A stretch of 64,000 nucleotides of DNA. It comes from Bacillales bacterium UBA6865. Lineage in GTDB: Bacteria; Bacillota_I; Bacilli_A; RFN20; CAG-826. The stretch covers positions 28,718 to 92,717 of the forward strand of contig DKCV01000016.1 in NCBI GenBank assembly GCA_002449265.1. The letters are read 5' to 3'. A model generated the notes under the pieces. The model searched no databases, was not told the origin of the DNA, and saw only the letters and a program-made list of their open reading frames with translations. Shown piece by piece: positions 9,374-19,101 of this stretch. Position numbers and translations under genes: made by a program. Numbering within the stretch: position 1 is the first letter of the stretch; every line of letters begins with the position of its first letter.

Positions 9374-10705
9374 TTATTTTCTTATATAGTTTTCAAGGAA
9401 CTCAATGCTAGTTTTCCCAAAGCCTGTGGCGGTTACACCATATCCTTGTTCGTTATCGTAGCTAACGTAGAAGGTGACGCTAGGATTATCGCCTTCTAGC
9501 GACCCTACAATATACATCCCGGTTGCAGTCGCGTTATCATCGAAGATATTTTTCGCAAATTCCGTAGCTAAATCTGACCGGTTTGTGTAATAAGCGTCTT
9601 CCCCTTTGAAGGGGTCTTTGTAGCCGCTATAGAAACTAGAAAGATACTTTGAATAAGTTAAAGATTGATAGTAGGGGAATTGCTCAACTAGTTTGCCGTT
9701 TGCCTCTACTTGCTTCAAATCTGAGTCATTTAGTTGCGGTTTATTAGAAGCGTCATAATGATTAATCTCAAATGAATAGATGCCGTTTTGGACATATTCA
9801 TTATTCGTAATCTCAATATACCCTCTTCGTTTAATGGTTTTCCCCTTGTTTGAAGCGTATTCCAAGTAGTCGTCCGTGTAGTCTTCATAAACGTATTTTG
9901 AAGTAAAGTAACGGGTGCCTACTTCGATTACTTTATCGCCATCTTTGAATGACCCCATCGAAGAGGAGTAATTATAAGAAGAGAATAAATTCATTAAGTC
10001 AACGAGACTTTTTTCGGCTTGACGTGGTTTCCCGCCTTTTGCGATATAATCCTCATATTGAGGGAGAGAATAAGAAGCATCATCAATATGGGTTACGGTT
10101 TCTACGATTACGCCGTTTACTCCAAAATCAATCGAAAAGACAAGCGAGTCGTTTTTCGCTTCGACTTTTGCTTCTTGGATGATTGAGAATAATCCGCTAG
10201 ATGGCGCTAAACCAGCCATGCGCAAAATCGCACCGAGGTTGGCGGAATCGCTTAAGGAATAAATGAAGGTATCACCTTCTCCAACACGGGCGGAATTTAA
10301 TCCATCGAAATAATTTCTGATCGCGTTTTCTCCCCATATCGTTTTAAGGTCAATATTCGTGATTGGCCCTGCAGTAAATTCATTATTCGCAATTTGGAAA
10401 CTCCAAATTCCATCCTCGCCACTAGAAATCCCCGCAGTAACCTCGTCTTTTGAAATCGCATAGTAATTAGGGGTGTAGGTATAGGTATAAACGCTTCCGC
10501 GATTATTTGTGCCATCTTTCAAATCGTATTGAAGCGTTAATTCAAGGGTTTTTGTGGCTTTTAGCTGATTTAGTTTCCCTTTTAAATTATATTGCCCTTT
10601 TGTTTCACTAGTAGGAGAAGAAGATTCGCTAGAACTAGTATTAGACCCACAGCTTGCTAATAAAGAAAGAGAAGCAAGCAAAATAATAGAACGCTTATAT
10701 GACAT
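9374..10705 (-). CDS. Lipoprotein, uncharacterised family (last gene of the lipoprotein array)
   Basis: Start moved to the internal ATG at 10705 (MSYKRSIILLASLSLLASCGS, lipobox LASC). This overlaps the upstream stop by 11 nt. The ORF-track start at 10801 would lie inside the upstream gene. Confidence 0.8.
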   Translation of the reverse strand: MSYKRSIILLASLSLLASCGSNTSSSESSSPTSETKGQYNLKGKLNQLKATKTLELTLQYDLKDGTNNRGSVYTYTYTPNYYAISKDEVTAGISSGEDGIWSFQIANNEFTAGPITNIDLKTIWGENAIRNYFDGLNSARVGEGDTFIYSLSDSANLGAILRMAGLAPSSGLFSIIQEAKVEAKNDSLVFSIDFGVNGVIVETVTHIDDASYSLPQYEDYIAKGGKPRQAEKSLVDLMNLFSSYNYSSSMGSFKDGDKVIEVGTRYFTSKYVYEDYTDDYLEYASNKGKTIKRRGYIEITNNEYVQNGIYSFEINHYDASNKPQLNDSDLKQVEANGKLVEQFPYYQSLTYSKYLSSFYSGYKDPFKGEDAYYTNRSDLATEFAKNIFDDNATATGMYIVGSLEGDNPSVTFYVSYDNEQGYGVTATGFGKTSIEFLENYIRK

Positions 10706-12404
10706 TGAAACTGCTCCAGTATACTCGATATTGAATTTCTTCATAATTAAAAGCTTCTCCTTCATAAATTTGCTTTGGGGCATGGAGGAAAACGGCTTCA
10801 TAGGTATCGCAATAATAAGTATTGCTATGGGTGTTCTCTTCCATTTTTAATGAGAACGATGCTAGATAATCGTTTTGAATGAGGAAAGACCAAGTGTTTG
10901 TCACGCTGGCGTTAGAATTATCCTGCGTGATTGTGCTAGTCGCTTCTAACGTAATGGAATTTCCGGATTTATTACCTTTGACGGCTAAATTAAGCATTGA
11001 TCCATTGAATTTTGTATTTCCTAATGGATAAGCTACAAATAAACTTAATTGCTTTTTGAATTCGCTATCTTTGAGTTCTCCGCCATCCATTTCGCCATAG
11101 AAAAGAGGATTTGCATCGAGATAGGAACGTAAATCGGTGATGTATTTTGCATCAACTCCAGCGTAGCTAGAAGTAATCCATTTATCGAATTTGCTGCCTT
11201 TTTGGATATAGTCTTCTTTCGCTTCCGCAAAAATCCAATAGGAAGCGGCTTCTCCTATAGGCTCGTCCTTACTATTCACCTTACGCATTGAGCCGTGATT
11301 ATCGAGGATATCATTTTGATAGGCGATAAGCTTTCCTTCAAAAAGAACATCTCCAATTGAGGTTTGCTCAGTAGAAGCAAAATCAAACGCATCATGGTAG
11401 ATAAAAGAATAATTGGTTTGGCGGGTGTCACGAGCGTAATAGAGGATATTATTCACGAATGATAGAGCGGTTTCGCTTGTTAATTCCCCATCCGCGATAT
11501 TAGTTAGATCGATTTGTTTAGCCGGCGCTCCATGAACTTTATCGGCTGGGAGTTCTTCGATTGTGTGCTTTGTTCCTGAATAAACCGACTTATCACCGAA
11601 AGAGATATTGGTAATCGTATAACTTTCTAACATTGCTGTAGAAGTCTCATATGCCCCATCGATATCGCTTTTATAGTAACGAAGACTCATTGTAATTGAA
11701 TCAAGCGTCTTGCTCTTTTTATCAAGCGTTAAATCGTAGCCTCTCGTGTAAGCAACATAAGTAGTATCGCCAGGATAGCTTACTTCCACGGTGTAATGCT
11801 CTTTGTCGCCTTCAGTAGCAATGACAATGTCAGGATCAAGATAACCATCGTCTTTCGGGAATGCCTTCTCTAAATTGCTTAAAGTAGAAGCGGTCTCTTT
11901 TAGAACACTATCGTAATTAAGATAGTCGCTTAATGTCCTATAGCGATGGCTTGGGTAACAATTCGCATAAGATTGGTTTTCTACGTCCACTAAGAAAATA
12001 TCGTGAATGTAGTTATCTTTTAAATAGATTTGTTCCTCCGCATTAAATGTGTTTTGCGTAGTGGGGGTTTCTACACCTAGTAAGGCATCAATCGTGACAT
12101 TGTCTTCTACAAAGTCACCTTGATACAAAGCGAAGTTATGCTTTGCTTTGTAGTTCACCAAAGCTTCTCCACCGGAAATAATGTACTTAGAATTGTAATA
12201 GTAGTTATTCGCATAGCTTCTATCAGTGAAGGAAAACCCGTTCACTTCATCCCATGATAACGTTTGGAGAAAAGAAGAAGCTTTCGCTAAGCTTGCTTCT
12301 TGATTCCAATCGAAAGTAGAAGAAGATTCACCTGGTTTATTTTCTCCGCATGATAATAGTAATGCGGAAGTGATTAATAATATGGAATAATGCGTTTTTT
12401 TCAT
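10695..12404 (-). CDS. Lipoprotein, uncharacterised
   Basis: 569-aa ORF. MKKTHYSILLITSALLLSCGE lipobox. Starts 12 nt downstream of the preceding gene. Confidence 0.8.
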   Translation of the reverse strand: MKKTHYSILLITSALLLSCGENKPGESSSTFDWNQEASLAKASSFLQTLSWDEVNGFSFTDRSYANNYYYNSKYIISGGEALVNYKAKHNFALYQGDFVEDNVTIDALLGVETPTTQNTFNAEEQIYLKDNYIHDIFLVDVENQSYANCYPSHRYRTLSDYLNYDSVLKETASTLSNLEKAFPKDDGYLDPDIVIATEGDKEHYTVEVSYPGDTTYVAYTRGYDLTLDKKSKTLDSITMSLRYYKSDIDGAYETSTAMLESYTITNISFGDKSVYSGTKHTIEELPADKVHGAPAKQIDLTNIADGELTSETALSFVNNILYYARDTRQTNYSFIYHDAFDFASTEQTSIGDVLFEGKLIAYQNDILDNHGSMRKVNSKDEPIGEAASYWIFAEAKEDYIQKGSKFDKWITSSYAGVDAKYITDLRSYLDANPLFYGEMDGGELKDSEFKKQLSLFVAYPLGNTKFNGSMLNLAVKGNKSGNSITLEATSTITQDNSNASVTNTWSFLIQNDYLASFSLKMEENTHSNTYYCDTYEAVFLHAPKQIYEGEAFNYEEIQYRVYWSSFNVI

Positions 12405-12416
12405 TGGTTGCTCCTT

Positions 12417-14945
12417 TTATTTTAAAGCTACGAAGGTAGCTTGCTCAGGTTCTTCTTCATCTTCACTCCACACAAAATTTCCAGTGAATGATTCTCCACT
12501 ATCGGCGATGGTGAAAGCCGCATTTTGTTGTGGGATATATCCGAAATAATTATCAAAATAATCGGTTAAAGATTCACGACTTCCACCGACAAAAGTGATG
12601 CTCGTGAAAATAATCGTTTTGTTTGTGTCATCGATGGAACATTCAAAAGTGAATTGTCCTCCTGCATCGTTATCACCTTCTATAAAGCTAGTTACTCCGC
12701 CCGGAACATATCCATTCATTTTGCCACTAGTTTTGGAATCAAAATGTAAGACAACTTGCCACTCTAACGCGGTGACAGAAAAATCATGCTTAATCACTTC
12801 ATCCGATAAAGAGCCACCACTTACTGGATCAGTGATACTCACTTTGAATGAGGTGGATATATTCCCATAGCTAGCGGTGACGGTATAAGTTCCTGCTTTT
12901 GTTGCTTTGAAGGAATAAGTAGGATGATTATTGATTGTCTCGCTTGATTTTGTGAAAGAACAAATAGAGCCTGCTTCAACACCTTCACTATCGGTAAACG
13001 TAAACGTTGGATCGGTACCAGTTTGAGCAGAAGTAGTGGGATAAGTCTCAAAATAGAATCCAGTGATAGCCTTATTTGTAACGCCGGTTACGATTGAGCC
13101 GCTTGTTAGTGTTTTATTGTCTTGTTTAGCAACAATGCTTGTTGCATCAGGCAGCGTGGTGGAGACGTTTAAAGCAAACTGCTTATTATTTTTCGCCGAA
13201 TAGAATGTCAAAGTGGCGGAACCTTCTTTTAGGACTTTGAATTTGAGTCCTCCGTCTGAGATAGAAATAGCGGTCTTATCGCTGACATTCGTCAATAGTA
13301 TCGGGTCGATTTTAGAAGTGGCGATATTGGGAGTTTGGTTCGTTTCTTGGAATGCGTAAGTTTGATTCACGACGAGTTTCTTTGGATCGATAACTGTGTT
13401 CCCTAAAGTGAGATCGATTTGGAAAGACTTAAAATAAAGATCATTAACATCAATTGCGTAACGCCCTTCTAACTCCTCTTCGTTTCCAATTTCACCGAAT
13501 TCTTGCGTGTATTTAATGGTGTAGGTATTGATAGGCGTTGCATTCTCTAGAAGTGTGTTATTCGTAAAATCAAAGCCAGTTTTGTCATAGACTTTATCAA
13601 CTACGGTGACACTCTTGAGAAGATTATTCTCATCGAAAACGAACGTCCCTTCGTTAAAGAAAACCATGCCGTCACTATAGCTCGTTGGCTTTTCTTCGAT
13701 TGTGTATCCCTTGACTAAGAATCCGTCTACGGTCGTTTCGTAAGTAGCGGTATTTGCAATTGATCCACCAAAATAATATGGATAGGATTTGCCAGTGAAA
13801 TAGTCGTAACCACTATTAGAAGGATCAACCATTGCAGAAGCGATATTGCTTAGTCCGAATCTAGTATTGTGTTCTAATAAAGTCCCTTTCTTTATAGCGT
13901 CAGCGCGTGTGATTTCTCCGCTTCCCGCTTCTTCAGTCGTGACTATCTTTTTTAGAGGGTCTTTCTCATGTTTATAGGTTGAGTCATTGATTTCAAGCTC
14001 ATAGTAATTGTTGTCTTGCCCAATTCCTTTGAATGTCGTTAGGTTTGTATTTACTTGCGGATCAGAACCGACCTTCTTTGATTTCTCTTTCAAACCAACC
14101 ATGTAAGAGTGTTGGCCTTCTTGATAAACGGTGTAATCAATGGTTTCGCCTTCTACTGTTTTAATGCCAGTTTGGTTTCCTTCGCTTTTGAATTCGAAGG
14201 TGTATGCATTCACGGATTTATTCTCCTCTAGCTCTGCCGATTTCTTGAGTTTAGCGAAGGCAATGGCTTGATCGGCTTTTCCTTTGCTTAAAAGGCGGAA
14301 AACGTATTTTTTAACGGGTAAAGCAGTCCCCTTTGCGGAGAATGTGACATCTAAACGAGTGATTTCTTTTTCTGCTTTTAAGGTGTTGGTTTTACTGTCG
14401 AAACTTGCAAAGCCTGGAGTGGAAAAACTAGCCTCAAGAGTAGTGGTGTCTTTTCCAACGAAAGTTGGATTCAAAGTGTAAGAAGAGCCAATAATGAGTT
14501 GTTTATAGGTGGTGCCGTTTAGATTAAACTCCTCGATATCGTTTGGGAAAGCGATATCGAAGGATGTGATGTCTTTCGCTTTTACTTCTAGAGTTAGCGT
14601 TGCTTTAACCTCGGGGTTAGCGTCACTAGTAACTACGATTGTCGCTTTTCCAGCGCTTTTTGCGGTAACTAGGCCCAACAAGGAGACACTTGCGACGTTT
14701 TCATTGGAAGAAGAATAAGAGACAAGCGTATTGGTCGCATTAGAGGGAGTGAGAGTAGGAGTAATTTGATATGTTTCGCCAATCTCAAGCTCTTTTGACG
14801 TTTCCTTTAGCGTGATGCCGCTGACTGAAATGTCCTCGTTTTTACTTGGAGTGTCTGATGGAGTGGTGGTTTGACTCGAATTCTCTTCTCCGCACCCAGC
14901 AAGAAGAAAGGAACAAGCTAGCAATATAATGGTTTTCTTTTTCAT
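12417..14945 (-). CDS. Big_2 (bacterial Ig-like) domain lipoprotein; paralog of 19102..21057
   Basis: 842-aa ORF with lipobox LLAGC. N-terminal ITLKETSKELEIGETYQITPTLTPSNATNTLVSYSSSNENVASVS..GLVTAKSAGKATIVVTS is a Big_2-type signature. Further Ig-like segments near the C-terminus. Confidence 0.85.
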   Translation of the reverse strand: MKKKTIILLACSFLLAGCGEENSSQTTTPSDTPSKNEDISVSGITLKETSKELEIGETYQITPTLTPSNATNTLVSYSSSNENVASVSLLGLVTAKSAGKATIVVTSDANPEVKATLTLEVKAKDITSFDIAFPNDIEEFNLNGTTYKQLIIGSSYTLNPTFVGKDTTTLEASFSTPGFASFDSKTNTLKAEKEITRLDVTFSAKGTALPVKKYVFRLLSKGKADQAIAFAKLKKSAELEENKSVNAYTFEFKSEGNQTGIKTVEGETIDYTVYQEGQHSYMVGLKEKSKKVGSDPQVNTNLTTFKGIGQDNNYYELEINDSTYKHEKDPLKKIVTTEEAGSGEITRADAIKKGTLLEHNTRFGLSNIASAMVDPSNSGYDYFTGKSYPYYFGGSIANTATYETTVDGFLVKGYTIEEKPTSYSDGMVFFNEGTFVFDENNLLKSVTVVDKVYDKTGFDFTNNTLLENATPINTYTIKYTQEFGEIGNEEELEGRYAIDVNDLYFKSFQIDLTLGNTVIDPKKLVVNQTYAFQETNQTPNIATSKIDPILLTNVSDKTAISISDGGLKFKVLKEGSATLTFYSAKNNKQFALNVSTTLPDATSIVAKQDNKTLTSGSIVTGVTNKAITGFYFETYPTTSAQTGTDPTFTFTDSEGVEAGSICSFTKSSETINNHPTYSFKATKAGTYTVTASYGNISTSFKVSITDPVSGGSLSDEVIKHDFSVTALEWQVVLHFDSKTSGKMNGYVPGGVTSFIEGDNDAGGQFTFECSIDDTNKTIIFTSITFVGGSRESLTDYFDNYFGYIPQQNAAFTIADSGESFTGNFVWSEDEEEPEQATFVALK

Positions 14946-14957
14946 GGTTTATGCCCT

Positions 14958-16268
14958 CTATTGAATAGTAGATAAATATTGATCAAGGAAGTTTAGCTTT
15001 ACCCCTCCAAAGTTGGTGTAAGTGAAGTCACTATATGAGGTTTTACTTTGGTAATTAATGAAGACGCGCAAAGTGATTGAGCAATCTTCGTCACGAGTCG
15101 CTTCCTCGATGTTGAGTCCAGCGCCGATGACATAATATTGGTATTCGCTTTGGGTATATATATTCGTTAAGTAGCCAATGAGCTCAAGGACTGCACTATT
15201 GTCACTATAGAAGTCGTAATAGTCTTTGAGCGTTTCGTTTTCGCCATCGAATTCTTTAAGCACCTCATCTAGCGCGAGGAATCCAGGAGTGATGGTTAAA
15301 TCGTATAAAGAAGAAGCGGTGACGTTACTGTATCTTTCTCCGATTTTGGTAACGCCATCTTCGTTAGTAAAAGGATAAAAGCCATCAGTGAGAGTAGTTT
15401 TATCCTTGATTTGGATAATTCCCTCATCAACGTAGTTGCTATCCGTTTTGTTTTCATAAGCAGGAGTGAAATCTTGATACAAAGCGTTTTCGACAAAATA
15501 GTTATTGGAAACTAATACGTCAGAGTCGTCATAGGTCTTTGATTCGAAATTGTGCTTTCCAAATAACGTTCCGATGCGCTTGATTTTCCCGTTGAAAGGG
15601 AGAGCCTCTCCTAAATAAGCACCCGCTAGCGGAATAGAAGTCGTTCCGATATCGGTGACTGTATAGCGGACTTTGCCTAAGATTACCCCTTGTGTAGCGA
15701 ATGTTAGATCGCCATAGAAGCTATTTTTGCTTGTGACATGGATTTCTAAGGCTGTAGGTATGAAAGTATTCAGTTCCTCTTCTGTCACCAAATCGCTTAA
15801 AAGGGCAAATTTGTTCCTGGCTTTTCGATCCGTCACATCATATGTATTCGCTCTATTTTTGAAGGTATCGATTGGAAAGTTAGCGTATGAGCAAGAAGAG
15901 ATGTCTTTGACGATTTTGTGATAATCCTTAATGGTGTCACTTATGGTGTAACTCGGTTTGAACGCTTCATCACGAATGCGATATTTATAGAAACCGTGCT
16001 CACTGTTTTTGTAACCGAAGTTGTCACTAGAATAAGGGGATTCGAAGTAACACTCGTCTTTTGTGAATTTCTTTGTGGCGTTATACACTAGCCCCGTAAT
16101 CGAACTTTCAATCGTTAATGTGTAGTTTTTCTCTTCTCCAATTTTTGTAATTAGATTACGGATTGAAGGAATTGTTTCACTAGAGATTGAGCTTCCTCCT
16201 CCGTTTTGACAAGAAGCCAACGCTAGAAATGGCAATAAGAACACCATAGAGGTCCATCGTTTCTTCAT
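14958..16268 (-). CDS. Lipoprotein, uncharacterised family (same family as 9374..10705 and 35886..37703)
   Basis: Start set at the ATG at 16268 (MKKRWTSMVFLLPFLALASCQ), preceded by AAAGGAGCG. The upstream ATG at 16304 would lie upstream of the predicted -10 box. Confidence 0.8.
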   Translation of the reverse strand: MKKRWTSMVFLLPFLALASCQNGGGSSISSETIPSIRNLITKIGEEKNYTLTIESSITGLVYNATKKFTKDECYFESPYSSDNFGYKNSEHGFYKYRIRDEAFKPSYTISDTIKDYHKIVKDISSCSYANFPIDTFKNRANTYDVTDRKARNKFALLSDLVTEEELNTFIPTALEIHVTSKNSFYGDLTFATQGVILGKVRYTVTDIGTTSIPLAGAYLGEALPFNGKIKRIGTLFGKHNFESKTYDDSDVLVSNNYFVENALYQDFTPAYENKTDSNYVDEGIIQIKDKTTLTDGFYPFTNEDGVTKIGERYSNVTASSLYDLTITPGFLALDEVLKEFDGENETLKDYYDFYSDNSAVLELIGYLTNIYTQSEYQYYVIGAGLNIEEATRDEDCSITLRVFINYQSKTSYSDFTYTNFGGVKLNFLDQYLSTIQ

Positions 16269-16302
16269 TTTCGCTCCTTTCTTTTTCTTGACAATCAAAA
16301 TC

Positions 16303-16339
16303 ATCTTAAAGAAAGGGAGGATATTGTCAATTTTTATTT
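16303..16339 (-). promoter_or_regulatory. Sigma-70-like promoter with an A-rich UP block for the 16268->9374 lipoprotein operon
   Basis: Minus strand reads AAATAAAAATTGACAAT, 16 nt spacer, TAAGAT. The 17-mer ATTGTCAATTTTTATTT (plus strand 16323-16339) is identical to 21133-21149. Confidence 0.45.
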
Positions 16340-16495
16340 CCTGAAATCACTAAATAATGTTGCTATCAAAAAAAGAATTACCTTATTTTATCTCTTGATT
16401 ATCTCCGCAAATTCCTTTTTAAGATGAGCTTTTGAAAAATGAATAAAAAGGTGCCACTTTAAAATGCGATGGCATTTCGATAAAGAATGATTTCA

Positions 16496-16524
16496 TTAAA
16501 AAGGCCTCACCAGAAGTGGGGCCT
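16496..16524 (-). terminator. Rho-independent terminator after 16537..19068
   Basis: Minus strand AGGCCCCAC-ttctg-GTGAGGCCT (one mismatch) followed by TTTTAATG. Confidence 0.6.
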
Positions 16525-16536
16525 AAATAGTTATAA

Positions 16537-19068
16537 TTACGCATTTTTTTGCGCTTTGCTGCATCCAAGATAGATATTATCGGAAGTATCATAAGTGTTG
16601 GTGCCACTTGCTTTTTCACCAAAGCGGATACGTACCGTATAGACGAATTCGACTTCTTTTTCATCACCATTAGCGTCCGTTACTTTTTCTTTGGTCTCGT
16701 AATCTTTTACAAGATAGTTGTATTCGCCGATAGTTTGATTCGAGTAGCCATTTTCGCTTAATAGCGATTTGTAGTCCGCTAGATAAGCATCATCCATTTG
16801 TTTGTTATAGATGCAGATATCCCCCGAGCCATCATAATTCGGCGTTGTCTCCCAAGAATAGGAAACGCCAAATTGTGGTAAATAAGGAATTAAATCAGTC
16901 ACAGTCTCCCCAAACGTTTTCACCATGATTGCTTTCACTTTTGATTCTTCGGACCATTTGGTAGGCAAATTCGTGCTTAAATTGTTGAACGAATCTTCGT
17001 TTACGACTTTGCTAGGGAAAGCGAGCTTAGTAGCGTCGTCATATTCGAACTTGAGCTCTTCTTTTCCCGTCATGACCCCACCATAGACGTATTTGTAATT
17101 GATCTTGGAAAGGCGACCACTCTCATCCAAGGTGATCACAAGGGATTTGTCGACAAGATAATCAAGCTTTACGCTCCCCATGATGTTAGAGGAGATGTGT
17201 TTGACGTTATCTCTTAAAACGAAGGTATTCTCTGCGCTTCCTTTTTGGAATACTTTGGAATCGAAATTGAACCCAAAATGCGCTTCTAAAGTGTCGGTAG
17301 TATCGATTTTGTTTACTATTGGGTACGCTGTCCCTGGCTTTTGAACCCCTTGGACATTAGCTTCGCGCGTGATTTTAAAAGGAATAATGCCGCCTTCGAC
17401 TTGCTTATAGCCTTGTCGCGTATATTCTTTGGAATCTTTCGAGAATAGTCTTCGATTGGCCCAGTCTTGGATGAAGTAGGAGCCTTTTTTGTAGTAGTAG
17501 TTTGTTTTCGGCAATTCGTTCGATGGCTCGCCCTCTTGCCCCTCTTTGGTGCTTAATCCGTATCCGTTAGCGGTCCAGCTAACTTCTTTTAAATGACTAA
17601 TTGCCTGATTGAGTTTTGCGTTTTCTGCATCTTCCGACTCATAGCTAGTAGGAATTGTAATAGAGGCATCTTTGATGATGGATGAGGTTGCAAGGAGCAT
17701 AAGTTCCGTTTCGTTGCCGTTTGCGTCAGCGTAATAAGCATCGATATAGGAACGGAACGTTAAGGTATTGCCGTTTATCTCTAGCGTCATGGATGTGACG
17801 TCTCGCATGATGATGTCAGTTAAAACGGTTAAGCCAGCAAGGGATTCGAATAAGCGGTCGGTATTGAAACCGAAATAAGTGAATTTGTTATTCTCGCCTA
17901 AGAAGGAATCGGCATCGATTTCATCTTGGAATGAGAAAATCCCATTCCCCCAAGTGAAGTCTTTCTTTTCGAATTCTTGCGTTGCCACTTTGTTTTGCCC
18001 ATCGATGTAGTGATCAATAGCAGGGGTTAAGCCATCTTCCGTTTCCTCGCCTTTTGTCAAGATGTAAGTGTAGGTTTCTTCGTTGGTTTTATCTTCCAAA
18101 GAATAGGCGATCTTATCGTCTTTGCGGTCACTTCCGATTGCGGAAGTGATTCCGGTTTTCCCATAGGAAGTCCAAGTAGAGGAAGAACTCGTGCGATATT
18201 TGATTTCGGTATCGAAGCCGATAGTGGGGGCTACCAATAAGTCTTTTGTGCTTTGTTCAAGGTGAAGGGTCGGTAACTTGTAGGTAGCGACGAAATTAGC
18301 GAGTTTCTCGTCGGAAGTCTCGTTTAATTTTCCGAACTTTCCCGTGAGAAAAGCGCTTAGATTAGAGCTGTCTTCGTCTGGTTGGTTATAAAGAGTAAAA
18401 GAAAGACTGCCATCTTCTTCGACTAGGAATGTGACATCGTATATTCTTGTTTCTGAATCGCCATACGTATAGCCCATTAAAGAGCACATGATGCTTAAAA
18501 CTTCTTCGTCGTCTGAATGAACGGCCCCGTTTTTGTAATAGAAAGACGCTTTCGTTAGACCAAGGCCGTTATTGAAATCCTTATTGCCTTTTTTGAACAA
18601 TTTAAGCGGGTTCATGTCGGTGCAGCTATTCACCCCGACTAATTTATCATTTTCGTCATAATAAGTGGTGGCTTTGCCTAGTTCGATATTTCCTTTGCTA
18701 TCATAACTAAAGGAATAGACGAGCTTATCGCCATAATCCTTGTTGAAGCTATCTAATAGAAGATAGCCGCTTTTGCTCCAGCCGAAAGAGACATAGTCCG
18801 AAGTATAAATATCAACGAGATTGACGTCTTTTTCGTTCGCATCTTTTTCGGTGTAATAAACGCTCATAGAAGAAGCTTCAACAGTCTTGTTTAGCTTATC
18901 GACAACATTAGCGATAAGTGCCTCTTTATCCACTGGCGTTGGGGTGACTGAGCTATCGGAAGATGATGGCTCGCTTGCCACAGGATCGCTAGATTTATCT
19001 GTGTTTTCTCCGCAAGCGGCAAGTAAACTCGCTACGCATAGTAACAATAATGTTCGTTTCTTTTTCAT
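16537..19068 (-). CDS. Large lipoprotein, uncharacterised
   Basis: 843-aa ORF with lipobox LLAAC. Ser/Pro-rich linker after the Cys. C-terminal module AYLADYKSLLSENGYS resembles the modules in 3667..5787. Confidence 0.8.
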   Translation of the reverse strand: MKKKRTLLLLCVASLLAACGENTDKSSDPVASEPSSSDSSVTPTPVDKEALIANVVDKLNKTVEASSMSVYYTEKDANEKDVNLVDIYTSDYVSFGWSKSGYLLLDSFNKDYGDKLVYSFSYDSKGNIELGKATTYYDENDKLVGVNSCTDMNPLKLFKKGNKDFNNGLGLTKASFYYKNGAVHSDDEEVLSIMCSLMGYTYGDSETRIYDVTFLVEEDGSLSFTLYNQPDEDSSNLSAFLTGKFGKLNETSDEKLANFVATYKLPTLHLEQSTKDLLVAPTIGFDTEIKYRTSSSSTWTSYGKTGITSAIGSDRKDDKIAYSLEDKTNEETYTYILTKGEETEDGLTPAIDHYIDGQNKVATQEFEKKDFTWGNGIFSFQDEIDADSFLGENNKFTYFGFNTDRLFESLAGLTVLTDIIMRDVTSMTLEINGNTLTFRSYIDAYYADANGNETELMLLATSSIIKDASITIPTSYESEDAENAKLNQAISHLKEVSWTANGYGLSTKEGQEGEPSNELPKTNYYYKKGSYFIQDWANRRLFSKDSKEYTRQGYKQVEGGIIPFKITREANVQGVQKPGTAYPIVNKIDTTDTLEAHFGFNFDSKVFQKGSAENTFVLRDNVKHISSNIMGSVKLDYLVDKSLVITLDESGRLSKINYKYVYGGVMTGKEELKFEYDDATKLAFPSKVVNEDSFNNLSTNLPTKWSEESKVKAIMVKTFGETVTDLIPYLPQFGVSYSWETTPNYDGSGDICIYNKQMDDAYLADYKSLLSENGYSNQTIGEYNYLVKDYETKEKVTDANGDEKEVEFVYTVRIRFGEKASGTNTYDTSDNIYLGCSKAQKNA

Positions 19069-19101
19069 GTTTTTCTCCTAAGTTTATCGTTATGAAGGTG
19101 A

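Noticed and set aside
16419-16670. 83-aa minus-strand ORF spanning the 16537 gene end and its terminator
   Set aside because: It overlaps the 3' end of the 843-aa lipoprotein gene in another frame and runs through the terminator hairpin. It has no SD.
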